64,000 bases of DNA from contig CP075496.1 in NCBI GenBank assembly GCA_021613535.1, positions 8,804,001-8,868,000 of the forward strand, given 5' to 3'. Made by a program: the position numbers and the translations under genes. Shown here piece after piece: positions 1 through 11,263 of the stretch. Source of the DNA: Adineta vaga (taxonomy: Eukaryota > Animalia > Rotifera). The notes under the pieces were generated by a model that searched no databases, was not told the origin of the DNA, and saw nothing but the letters and a program-made list of their open reading frames with translations. Numbering within the stretch: position 1 is the first letter of the stretch; each line of letters starts with the position of its first letter.

Positions 1-1360
1 ACAAGGAAGCAGCAATAGTTTCCCTACTTCTCCACCGGTTCAAGAAAAAACTTGTGACTCTTTTGTTCCAGCATATATGAGCATAACGTTTGAACGTTCT
101 TTTCCTACTACAGAAAAACGTCAGTTTGCTGATCTAGCATCCACTTTACAAGATCTTGCTACAAATGTTCAAAATCGAATTAAATCAAAATTCGGTTCAT
201 CATTCATCAAACTTGATATTTTACTGTTTTCTGATCAGCCAATTTTATTTTCAAATACTCAAACAGTACTGACAACCGTTGTTTGTAGGATTTACCTAAC
301 ATCAAATCAACGCGCCATTTTGATAGAACAAAGTTTCAAAGATGATACACAATCGATTGCTCTATTGGATGTTACCAATGTCCCAAGTTCAGCTCTCGCG
401 TCATTCTCATCCAAATACTCCATCTTTACAGACACCACTAATCAATCACTAACAAATAAGCTAACAACTGAACTGACTAATCTTTGCGACAAAGACTTAT
501 GGACAGTCTCAATGACGATTCCGACGATAATACTATCCAAGCCGATCACATCCATGAAAAATACTTATGGGCGTACCGAGGTGCCAAAGGCAGGGGGAGC
601 GCAGCAAAAAAAACAAAAAAAATTCCGAAGTATGGGGAGCGTTAAGTATCCCGCCCCCCTTCTTCACTCTGCTCATGAAAGCACAACTGCCGCCCCCACC
701 ATCATTAGCACTGTCATATTCGAACACACCTACGATGGCTCTACTTCAAACTTTATGACGATCATCGAAACAGATTTTGTTAGAACGGTGACACGCACAC
801 CAGAAATAACAGTATCTACAATTACAACAACTGCACGTAAATCATCAACACACGTCTCTGAGATACTGACTACAACATCCAGATGTCACTTAAACGATCA
901 AGTTTATGAAGCATATATGAGCATTAGTCTTTTGCTTTCCGCTACTAATGATGAAATGGCTGTATATTCTAATATAGGTACAACAATTGAAGCTATTCGA
1001 GTATCGTTAAATGTCGAATTGAAAGTAGCATTTCCATTATCATTTTTAAAATTTAATTACATTATGATGTCAAATCAACCGATTGTATTTTCGACTACGA
1101 AGAGTAGACGAAGAAAACGTCAGCCAGATCAAACAGCGGTGATTATTGTGATTGGTAAAGCTTACTTTACAAAAAGTCAATCACGATTCGAGTTACGTAC
1201 GTCCCTAAAAAATTATAAATTGGGCATAGATGTTCTAAACAAATACGGAACATCAAATACAAGACTTAGTTCTTTTTCTGCAGATCATTCTATATTCGGA
1301 GATACATCATCAATTGAATTAACTTCAGAAGAAATCGTCGATTTGACTGCATACTGTTGA
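1..1360 (+). CDS. 3' part of an extracellular protein with two repeated SEA-like modules and a Ser/Thr-rich linker; 5' end probably outside the window
   Basis: The frame of the 77..1360 ORF is open from base 2 (QGSSNSFPTSPPVQEKTCDSFVPAYM). Two similar modules: C..AYMSI...S.QPI.FS....FS...SIF.D....C. The second has an RRRKR basic loop. The SEA-like assignment is inference. Confidence 0.6.
   Translation, partial: QGSSNSFPTSPPVQEKTCDSFVPAYMSITFERSFPTTEKRQFADLASTLQDLATNVQNRIKSKFGSSFIKLDILLFSDQPILFSNTQTVLTTVVCRIYLTSNQRAILIEQSFKDDTQSIALLDVTNVPSSALASFSSKYSIFTDTTNQSLTNKLTTELTNLCDKDLWTVSMTIPTIILSKPITSMKNTYGRTEVPKAGGAQQKKQKKFRSMGSVKYPAPLLHSAHESTTAAPTIISTVIFEHTYDGSTSNFMTIIETDFVRTVTRTPEITVSTITTTARKSSTHVSEILTTTSRCHLNDQVYEAYMSISLLLSATNDEMAVYSNIGTTIEAIRVSLNVELKVAFPLSFLKFNYIMMSNQPIVFSTTKSRRRKRQPDQTAVIIVIGKAYFTKSQSRFELRTSLKNYKLGIDVLNKYGTSNTRLSSFSADHSIFGDTSSIELTSEEIVDLTAYC
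567..676. mobile_element. Possible short non-autonomous (MITE-like) insertion inside the CDS
   Basis: GC-rich island in AT-rich DNA with imperfect inverted ends ATGGGC...GCTCAT, subterminal GGGGG/CCCCC runs and an internal poly-A. Its translation (GGAQQKKQKKFRSMG) is unlike the Thr-rich linker. Confidence 0.3.
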
Positions 1361-1649
1361 ATAAAATATTCATTTGAACTATTCTTTCTTTTATAGAACG
1401 TTTTCTCATAATGATCAAATTGTCTTTAATTGATCAATATATTTATATGATGAATCCTTTTTACTTATTCGTAGTTTTACATTCATAATAAAAACTGAAA
1501 GAAATAATAGATATTCGTCGGATCTAAGAAAAAGATAATTAAATCGCTTCGTGAAAATTTCGAAACAACTCTTTAATTATGATAAAAATTGATGGAATAG
1601 TATCGTGTTCATAGTATAGAAAATTCATATTTATTAATAAAATAATTTC

Positions 1650-1913
1650 TTACATAAAAACACAAAACAAAAGATATTGACACATCATAATCATAGCAAT
1701 CAATAACACTGATGCTAAATGACGTGATGTATTTGAATCAAATGGCATTGAATCCGCTAACGTTTTTACAGCCATCGTTGGTAACTGTTTATTGCAACTA
1801 TCTGTATAACAACAAAATCGTCGATGATAATGTTCATCAATTTCTTCACAATATTTTATACCACGTAAAATAACTTTGGTTATATCGGTTTTTGGATCCC
1901 ATGATTGCTCACT
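1650..1913 (-). CDS. Last exon of a Ly6/uPAR (three-finger)-like GPI-anchored protein; upstream exon(s) near 1977-2080 unresolved
   Basis: Hand translation: SEQSWDPKTDITKVILRGIKYCEEIDEHYHRRFCCYTDSCNKQLP...RHLASVLLIAMIMMCQYLLFCVFM*. It has the CCxxDxCN motif and a hydrophobic tail, an AG acceptor at 1914-1915 and a GTATGT donor at 1976. Confidence 0.6.
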   Translation of the reverse strand, partial: SEQSWDPKTDITKVILRGIKYCEEIDEHYHRRFCCYTDSCNKQLPTMAVKTLADSMPFDSNTSRHLASVLLIAMIMMCQYLLFCVFM

Positions 1914-2939
1914 CTAGAAGATATTAAAAAATCTTTAACTGTATCGTATCTATTGGTTTATTTCGTCTCAACATACGATTTTGTCCAGAACAAATAACTT
2001 GTGATTTCGACTTAGGTAGTATTATTGTTGCAACTGAATTATTTCCAAACATTAATATTACTGCATGCTTCTTTCATTATATTTTATAGTTGTCAGTCTC
2101 TCTTAGTAAACTAAACTTGCAGATTAGTATCTAATTGAGATCAAAAATTCAAATTGTTAGAAATAACAGTCTCTGACTTCAATTCATTAGTAACTATTCA
2201 AAGCGATGTAAATATCAACTATCGTATAGTTGATGATTCACTTCTCCTACCTATGACATATTCTTTTTGAGCCATATCCATGTATTTTTTGTAGAGATAA
2301 AGTATTTTCGTCTATGGTATGAATCATTTATGTCAACATTTCAACGTGTATAATAACTCTTCGAATCTAGAGTAAATATGTTTTTATGTAAATTGACGTC
2401 AAGCATTGACGTGTCGCTCTTGTTTTTACCATTTATTATTGGACATTGACTAGAATTGAAAAGCATATATTAGTTCTGTTTTATTTAATATCGAACCATT
2501 ATCTGCTTTTGGCATTTAATCATTCAACGATAGAGAACTGTATTTTTTCTCAATTACATATGCGAATTGAGCTGAATATATACACCTCATTTCTTACAAA
2601 ATTCAAGTTTGAATCAAATGATAACTTTTCAGTAATACAAAAGGATTTTTTCATGTTTAAGTAGTTATATTTGCTCATAAATTGAACTGTTTAAAAGCCA
2701 TTCTTGTAGTTTTCGTATTGGTAATTTATTTCCTATATTGTAGCGTTAAAATCAACACAAACTGAGTAAAGATATGTAAATATTTGAGAGAGAAAGAAGA
2801 AAGAAAAGTAAATAAAATAACAAATACTAAATTTTATTTTATTTTAATAATTTGATCTGTAACAAATTCTAAGTTTACAGTTTGGTATGAGCAAGTTGCT
2901 TTCGTCTATTTTTATTGTACAACACACTATTCATTCACA

Positions 2940-5471
2940 ATGACATGTTCTATTCATTGGAGATTATTGATATCCGCATTGATTATTAAACAAATAATAG
3001 GTAAATCATGAATAGAATGCCCAACATACTCCTAATAGTAGGGTATTTTTTCTCATCAGTGTTTATCTGTAAAATCACGCTGACACATTGGAAGTTTGTC
3101 TAATGTTTTCAGAGGATTTTAGAAGTTTTTTCGATATTTCTATAAAGTGATTAACAATATTTCCGTATTTTCTTAGGTCTGTCATATAGTCAACCACGAT
3201 TCTGTCCAAATGCTAAATGGAATCCAAATGCCACCACTTTTTCTACCAGTAATATTACTGGTACAAATCCTCAAGGGATATTTATCAATATGAATGATAC
3301 GATCTTTATTGCTAACAAAGAAACGGGTAAGATTCATATTTGGCGTAACCATAGTATTCAACCAACAAAAACAATTTTTGCTAATTTGTCAAGTCCAGCA
3401 TCAATTTTCGTGACAGAATTAAACGAGATATATGTAGATAATGGTGAAAACGGTCGAGTTAATAAATGGCAATTAGATAGCAATATTAGTACTCCAGTAA
3501 TTTATGTAAATTCATCATGTACTGGTCTCTTTATTGATATCTCTCATGTAATTTATTGTTCCATGCAAAAATTTCATCAAGTTATCTCTCAGAGATTGTA
3601 TGATAATTCTAGTATATTAACAATTGTTGCTGGTACAGGTAAAAATGGCTCTAATTCAACTATGCTTCAAGATCCATATGGAATATTTGTCGACACCAAC
3701 AGCGATCTGTATGTGGCAGATTGTGGAAACGATCGTATTCAACGATTTCATAATGGTCTGACAAATGGCATTACCGTAGTGGGCAATCGATCTGTTAATA
3801 TTACAATTATGCTCAACTGTCCGCGAGGAGTGGTTTTAGATGCTGACAAGTCTATTTTCATTGTAGATAGTTCTCACCATCGTGTTGTTGTTTCGGGACC
3901 AAATGGTTCCCACTGCTTAGTTGGATGTTCTATGAATCAAGGTTCATCTGCCAATGAATTAAGCATACCGCGAACACTAAGTTTCGATATTTACGGAAAT
4001 ATGTTTGTTGCAGATACAAAAAATAATCGAATACAAAAGTTTCTTTTAATAAAAAATTCTTGTGGTAAGTAATCGACTATTCGATGAATAGTATTCCTGA
4101 CTGTTTTGAGATAATGAATAAATATCACTATCTACCAAACTCTTTAATTTTCAGTAGTTTCCCAATAGAAATATACTGCATCTATGATAATATATTATTT
4201 CTTTAGTCGAACATACAACACAACAATTAATCCATACATCAACCATTCAAGCAGGTACATTTGATCTTTCCGATAATTTGCTGTATTTTAATAAACAATC
4301 ATAAGTTTCAGTTCAAAGTTCTTTTAAATCTCTTCAGTCCACTCTATCGACACCTGAAATGACGACGTTTCAACAAAATGGTAACTTTGAAGATCGAGTA
4401 GAAATTTGCAATACAGTTTCTGTCCTATAGCTACAACAAAACAAAGAACCACATTTGAAAGTACTGCACCAACGACTAGCTTTACTATGATTGCCGTTCA
4501 AAAAGCAACAAGTCAAAATCCAACTTATGAAACGAGTTCAACTAAGAATCTGAATGGTATATTGAATCTTTTTCTACATCGAAAAAAGCTCTCATTCTAT
4601 TTTTTAGAATCTACAGCCAGTATTTCAATCAATCAATTTACAGCAAGTTTGTTTTTCTAAATTTTCCATTCAGTGAAACATTTGTTTTTTTCTTAGCATA
4701 CACATTTCCATCCCCTATGTTCTTTATATCATCATCATGTGGAGGAAACTATCAAATTGGTCTACATTGTAACATTTCTGCTACACCTTGTGACATACTT
4801 CAACCCTGTCAGAATGATGGCATCTGTTTCAATAATATCAGCAATGCTACAACTTACACATGTTCTTGTAAAACAGGTTTCAACGGTACTCATTGTCAGA
4901 TAAATTACCAACCTTGTAAAGTTGATACGTGTTGGAATAATGGTATTACTGAATTTCATAAGTAGAAAATAAACACATTCATACTATTTTAGGTACGTGT
5001 AATGAAACAACGTTAACAACATTCGAATGCTTATGTCAACCTGGATGGACAGAAAATCATTGCGAAAGACAGATAAATTATTGTGAAAATGTAAAGTGTT
5101 CAAACGGAGGTATATGTCGACCTTTATTTCGAGATTATGTTTGTGAATGTCTTGGAACAAGTTATTCTGGTCGCCATTGTGAATTAGTTGCAAATTTATT
5201 ATACATTCGTCGAATAGTTTCTAAATCTGTTGGCTATATTGCACTTCTTTCTATTATTGGTGTTTTTCTATTGGTGATTATTTTGGATATATTGAAATAT
5301 TTCTTTAAAATAGATCCAGCAAAACATGAATTAGAAAAACTTAAACGAAAACAACAAGAAAAAAACATCAAACGCGTTTTAATGATTCAAAAATGTGTTT
5401 ATGTCAATGTACCGTCAAAGAAAATAACTACTAATGCAGCTCATTCGATAATAAATCGTACAGGCCTATAA
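2940..5471 (+). CDS. Type-I membrane protein: signal peptide, NHL-repeat beta-propeller, S/T stalk, ~3 EGF domains, TM and short tail (multi-exon)
   Basis: Exon 1 is MTCSIHWRLLISALIIKQII. Exon ~3177-4065 has NHL repeats (PYGIFVD..LYVADCGNDRIQ; FVADTKNNRIQ). Small phase-1 exons follow at 4207-4650. EGF repeats (PCQNDGIC..YTCSCKTGFNGTHC; CLCQPGWTENHC; CSNGGIC..CECLGTSYSGRHC) precede a TM (VGYIALLSIIGVFLLVIIL) and the stop at 5471. Confidence 0.85.
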
Positions 5472-5969
5472 ATATATGTAAATGTAAGACAGTTGTATGT
5501 TTGTTTGTTTTTAATTCTTTATGAATACGAATTTTCTTTTTCTATACCCGACGTAATAATAATATTAACTTATTTATCGTCATTTACATCATCATTGATG
5601 TCAACAATTCTTAACTGTGAAAGGAAGCATCTAGAACGTAGAAACATAATATTCGTAATGACAATGAATCAGAACTAACCTAATTCGATTGCAATACTTT
5701 TACTTATTGCACAATCTGTTTAACGCCTCACTTAGTCATCATTTTCTTTTCGGTCGTTTTAATCACAGAACAGAAGTACACGTTAGTTGTAATATGACGA
5801 AGAACTGCTAAAATTACCAATGATGATGCATCTATTATTTTTTCTTCGTTACGTTTCTGTGTCTTTCACCATACCAAGGCAATCAGTGACATAGTGTGTG
5901 TATAAAAGGTGATGTTTTACTTGTTCTATGTTACGTTTCTCACAAAGTCTTCTATCGAGAAAAATAACT

Positions 5970-6479
5970 ATGTCCAAATCAAATACTTCTACATCTTCGG
6001 ATCAGACTGTTGAAGATAATCGAATCGGTGTAAGTTAAACGTTTTGTTTCTTATTCAAATATATTTGTCAATGCATGTTCTTTTAAAAGCCATTTGTAAT
6101 TGAACCAAAATATGATTGTCCACATTTGGGCGATCGTGCTTATATTTTACTTCAATCTGATCAAACCGATGAAAATCAACAAGCACCATGCAATGATTGT
6201 CAAAATACAAAAGAGAATTGGGCATGTCTTCATGAAAATTGTAGCTTTGTGAGTTATTTGATCTAGAGAGAGACAAATAATCATTTTACATCTGCTCATT
6301 TATAGGTCGGCTGTTCTCGTTATCAACAAAAGCACATGTTAAAACATCATGAAACAACAGGACATAATATTTGTCTTAGCTTTTCAGACAATTCCGTCTT
6401 TTGTTACGGCTGTGATAGTTATATCGATAGTCCACAATTGCAAGGTCTTAATCTACAATTATCACGTCGTTTTCGATAA
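5970..6479 (+). CDS. Stand-alone ZnF-UBP (BUZ) ubiquitin-binding protein, 130 aa; exons 5970-6029, 6090-6248, 6306-6479
   Basis: All junctions are GT-AG, phase 0. Spliced protein: ...YDCPHL...PCNDCQNTKENWACLHENCSFVGCSRYQQKHMLKHHETTGHNICLSFSDNSVFCYGCDSYID..., matching the HDAC6/USP-type ZnF-UBP consensus. Absent from the ORF track. Confidence 0.85.
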
Positions 6480-6629
6480 ATCAAACGAGCATATGACATG
6501 TAAACTTTTATTGATCACCTGTTTTTTAATTATCAATCTTGATGCTTTCAAAAGCAAATAAAATAGTCGAGAAATTGCTTTTTTTGTTTATCAAATTATT
6601 TCTTCGAAAATACTCATTCGGACAATATT

Positions 6630-7777
6630 TTATTCAAAGAACTCAGTTGATTGATCGTTGTTCAACAACCAATAAAGGGTAGGTGCTTTGGACCGAAATA
6701 AAATAGAAAAAGTTGATATGTAGTAAAAACAAAGCAAAAAAACTGCTATGGAACGAAGAATTTTTTGATGAATACGATTTACACTTGTTGGCAACCAGGG
6801 ACAGTCTATCATGATCATACTGCAGAGAAAACCTATCAAAGAACTACTCAGATGTGCCCAATGTGCAACATTGTACAGAACGATGAGAGGTATAGTTAGA
6901 ATAAGATGAGGAACAAGAAGGACGATTAATTGAATGATTGGAAAAGAACGACATTGATTATTACTAAAACTGGCGAATAGACGATCTACGATTAAAAATA
7001 CCATTAAACCATATAAAGAACCAGAAGCACCAATGGCTCCTAATTGTAAAAAAAGACAATGATCGTTAAAATCTATAATTATTTTTGTTCGAGGAAAAAC
7101 TATTTCATAACGCTAATATTCTATAATTATCGATATTTAGTACAACTAATTCGATGTCTCCACTTATATGGTTTCATATTTTACAATAACCAGACTTACT
7201 TCCTGATGTAAATTCAATTATGAAACTTAAACTAGATCCTAAACCTGAAAGCCAGTAAACAGCAGCTATACGAATTGAACCATATTTTCGTTCCAATGGT
7301 ATGCCTTGTATTAATTCTATTGATAAATTGCTTAATAGATGTAACCATTGTATATGACAGAAATTTACTGTTATCAATCGCCAGAGTTGATGAGGATAAG
7401 CAAAAGAAGAACATATGTGTTTGAGTGCATCATCATAATAGCACTTAGTAGTATACATTCTTCGCGGACAAGAGTTAACAGTAAGATTGCGAACAGCATC
7501 AGGTGTTGGTACCATACATGGTAGAAAAAATCCAAAAAGATTAGGCAGATTAATATCAAAATATCGATCTCTTCCATAGAGATTTATGCGTATAAGACAG
7601 TAAGTGATTATGTGTAAAATTATCATACCAAGAATAAACAGTGGAAAATGTTGTCTTTGTGTTGATCTGTCAGTTAATGTAAAAAGACGTCGACAAAATG
7701 ATTTAATAGTGTCATTTCGAGAAGAAGTTGGTCTTTCATTATAAAGTGTGCATGGTTCCAAGTTCTAACTCAGTCAT
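6630..7777 (-). CDS. Rhomboid intramembrane serine protease (intron 7040-7199; 5' end ambiguous)
   Basis: WR motif and HxxxxHxxxN (LWRLITVNFCHIQWLHLLSN), LERKYG, spliced RAIGASGSLYGL (catalytic Ser) and AHWAHL (catalytic His). The ATG at 7777 is out of frame with the main ORF. Confidence 0.85.
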
Positions 7778-8034
7778 ATTGTTAATATTTATTTTTACAC
7801 TGAAGATATTCTTCGAATTAGCGTCTAGTTTTATTATAGAAGCAAAATACACGTGCGTCTATGCGACTATTTCATTCTCGTTCTTTTTCTGATGAGGATA
7901 CGAGAGGAGAAAACATAGAGTCATTCTTCTCTTTTTTCCTTTCGTTCTGCAAAAAGATGTCATACCAAATGGAAATCTTCTTTTTCATGAAACAGCATCT
8001 ACAGAAAATAATAAGCTTGGGAAAAAGAAGAATG

Positions 8035-10725
8035 TTAGGCATGTCTGGAGATAGTAAACACTTCTACGTTCCCATTGGTTTCAGTTGTTTTTGATCGCAA
8101 AATTTTATATAATCGTTGATAACTTCTCTTCAATAACGATGCTACAAAATGTTTACGATACGCTTTAAATGGCAATGCTAAAATCACTAACATTATCGTA
8201 CATATTTCTAGAAAACCCATCGAAAACAGAACACTATCAAAAGCAACTTCTGATAGTTTCACGATAGGTTGCTGTACGTTTTTGACATAATATGGAGTTT
8301 CACTAAGTGCAATAGTTAATATGGTTGATGGTAGTGTGAATCGAACATATTGATCATTGGATAAGAATAAATCATTAATATCAACATTAAATGTTGGAAT
8401 ATATATTCCACCATACATTGATTCGTCTCCAGTAATTGGTAATGTTTCATTGATTACTTTAGTTATATGAAGTGTAATAGGTAAACTTTGAGCTAGAATT
8501 TGCCCATATTTAAAAAATGATTGATAAAAATTCAATTCTTTTAAATTAAAACGTTCACTTTCAGTTCCATTAGCAACGAGACCGATACGTAAAGCACCGA
8601 TCGTTTTGACATCTTCTAAGAGAATCTGTACAGTTATTCGTTGATGTGAAAGTTGTACCGATAAAGTTAAAATTCCATTTCTATTTTCACAAGTTAACCA
8701 TCGAACAGTTTCCGGTGTTGAGCCACGCAATTCTTTAATAGATATAGCATCACAATTAATTAATGTATTAACAAATTGAATATTTAAAATAAAACTTTGA
8801 TTATTTAATAAATCAAATATTGTTTGTTCGTCTTTCCTTACAGGTATTGATAAAGATTGAAGATTTGTTTCGAATTTAGCATTTCGTATCGTTGAATCAC
8901 ATGCAAAATACGAAGCGGATGTCGTTTCTATTGGATATTGTTTTAGAAAAAGCGCACCAAACCATATTATGATAATAACTGACACGAAAATACCTAATGT
9001 TCCCAAACCACCCATTACTGATTCGCCTTCATGAATTAGATCGATGCATTTCAAGCAATATTTCACTGGTGCTCTTTGATTGAAAAGTCTAGAGGATGGG
9101 AAACACTTGCCACTATAAGCCAAAATACATATAATGATACAACCTAACATGAATACAATAAACCACCAGAATAAAGGTGAGAGATATATTCGAGGACATG
9201 TGTGAATAAAGAAGGTATTTTGAACAAGCATATCTTCAAATTTTGTATTCTCTGGTGATTTTGGATATGTATTAACTTGGATAACCATTGCCAATGCTGA
9301 TACAGATATATCAGTGACTGAACCCAGTGGACAAAATGATCCAGTTAAACATGGTAGACATTGTATGCTCGAATTCCCTGGATTTTTAGTATTACTTGGA
9401 CATAAAATACAATCATGTACACCACTTTGATTTTTATAAGTTCCTGCAAGACAAGATTGAGCTTTTGTGAATGTCGGTGCTGTACCTATATCTTGAACAG
9501 CAGGAAAATATCCTCTTGGTGTTGGATTCATGATCAGAATATTACCTTGATCGTCAAGTAAAGCTAAAGAAGATGATGAGGAGACAATATTTAGAAATAC
9601 AGAACTGAAACGTAATGGTAATATTTGATGACTGTTAGGAAATATCGATAAGGGTGTAGTAGTCGATAGATAACCGTGATGTATAGTATCAAAGAAGTAG
9701 ATCTCGGATGCTATCCATCGATATTGTAATGAATATGTATTGATTAGAATAGCAGCTATACCATTTTCGAGCCAAGTAACACTTTTTCCATTTCCAAGTG
9801 ATCTTCCGTTGGTATATCGACTAACGAAATCTAATTGATCTATATTTGTTTTATTAACAGAAAATAAGAATACTCGATTGATAAATTGCATACCAACCAA
9901 AACATTTCCAACTTCATTAATACTAACTGACATATCATATTTAGCTGAATAAGTATCAGCGTCTGAATTAGTCAATAAATCTTGCCAAGTATTGGGAGTT
10001 GCCACAGGTCGATAATAATTAATAATAAATAGCCGATAATTAGATGAATTCAAATTGAATAAATATACTATGGGAATATAAACTGCTATTGTCTGAATAG
10101 GGTTTCGTATAAATCCTGCAATAACACCAAAAGTATCATTGATATCAACAGCATGAGGCATAAATGAATGATCTAACCATGTTTCATTTGCATTCCATAC
10201 ATTTAATGAAGTGTTCAATGAATCAAAAATAAACATAAATTCATTAGCAAAACCATAGGCAAATCGTCCACTAGGTTCGACATCAATTATAAAATGTTCT
10301 TGATGTTGATAATTATAAAAGTATTGGACTACAAAAGAAAATTGTGTATCACAGGATAAGGCGGACGCATTGTATTTTGCAACACCAATAAAAGTTCCAT
10401 TTTTATCATTGAATAATTCACCGGCAAAAAAGAATTGTTGTTGATTTTTGCCTACAGCAACACTGTAGATATAATGATCTGTAGCATTGGGAAAAGTAAG
10501 CAAGCATTGTGATGATAAAGATGATTTTTCATATGGCGCAAACTGTATGAGAAACCTTGGTGGATCATTTTGATTTTGAATCTGAACGAAAAAAATATCA
10601 TTCATGGCAATTTTAATACCATAATTATCATATTTGCTTGTATTCGGCATGAAAATACTGGAAATCGGATAGATAATAAATAGAAATGGAACATAGATAT
10701 TCATTTCGATTTTTGCATCAAACAT
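8035..10725 (-). CDS. Intronless ~890-aa membrane protein: signal peptide, beta-rich ectodomain, Cys-rich (ephrin-receptor/TNFR-like) repeat, three TM segments; paralog A
   Basis: 896-aa ORF with CLAGTYK..CILCPSNTKN..CLPCLTGSFCPLG and hydrophobic segments at LFWWFIVFML, GTLGIFVSVIIIIWFG and VLFSMGFLEICTIMLVILAL. Colinear with 11264-13921. Confidence 0.85.
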   Translation of the reverse strand: MFDAKIEMNIYVPFLFIIYPISSIFMPNTSKYDNYGIKIAMNDIFFVQIQNQNDPPRFLIQFAPYEKSSLSSQCLLTFPNATDHYIYSVAVGKNQQQFFFAGELFNDKNGTFIGVAKYNASALSCDTQFSFVVQYFYNYQHQEHFIIDVEPSGRFAYGFANEFMFIFDSLNTSLNVWNANETWLDHSFMPHAVDINDTFGVIAGFIRNPIQTIAVYIPIVYLFNLNSSNYRLFIINYYRPVATPNTWQDLLTNSDADTYSAKYDMSVSINEVGNVLVGMQFINRVFLFSVNKTNIDQLDFVSRYTNGRSLGNGKSVTWLENGIAAILINTYSLQYRWIASEIYFFDTIHHGYLSTTTPLSIFPNSHQILPLRFSSVFLNIVSSSSSLALLDDQGNILIMNPTPRGYFPAVQDIGTAPTFTKAQSCLAGTYKNQSGVHDCILCPSNTKNPGNSSIQCLPCLTGSFCPLGSVTDISVSALAMVIQVNTYPKSPENTKFEDMLVQNTFFIHTCPRIYLSPLFWWFIVFMLGCIIICILAYSGKCFPSSRLFNQRAPVKYCLKCIDLIHEGESVMGGLGTLGIFVSVIIIIWFGALFLKQYPIETTSASYFACDSTIRNAKFETNLQSLSIPVRKDEQTIFDLLNNQSFILNIQFVNTLINCDAISIKELRGSTPETVRWLTCENRNGILTLSVQLSHQRITVQILLEDVKTIGALRIGLVANGTESERFNLKELNFYQSFFKYGQILAQSLPITLHITKVINETLPITGDESMYGGIYIPTFNVDINDLFLSNDQYVRFTLPSTILTIALSETPYYVKNVQQPIVKLSEVAFDSVLFSMGFLEICTIMLVILALPFKAYRKHFVASLLKRSYQRLYKILRSKTTETNGNVEVFTISRHA
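9293..10482. repeat. Near-identical direct repeat tracts 9293-9575 and 9748-10482, matching 12492-12774 and 12947-13681
   Basis: Direct visual alignment: constant offset of 3199 and only scattered substitutions. Confidence 0.9.
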
Positions 10726-11263
10726 TTGTAGATGTAGTGAGTTTAATGAATGTACAAGTTGATAGGGAATAAATTGATTGATAAATGTCTTGTATGAGAT
10801 TTAACATGGATACATATCTTACTTTTTGTGCTGTAATGATTAGAAGAAATATATATTCTGTTTGAAACCTTACTGTGAATGAATACTTGTCTGATTCACG
10901 ATTATTGTAATAGTATTTGACGTTCTTTTATAATATATATATCGGCATATTTAATCTTAGAAAAAATAAACTAGGTATTATTGAATACGACTATTCGTTG
11001 ATTCGAATGTTACATACAAATAAATAATTTATTCATGAATACAGTTATATGTGGTAAGGTCTCTCATTTATGTCTGTAAATATACGCAAAAAAATCGATG
11101 AAAGGAAATTAATTTGTAATGAAAACACATAAACATATTGAGAAGTAAAGATTCATTTATTTTCCTTCTCTTCGTTTCTGTTATACTAAAATAGTAAAAG
11201 AGGACAGTATATTGATAAATATTATTTATTGAAATCATTTGCGACAAAAATATAAAAAAACGT

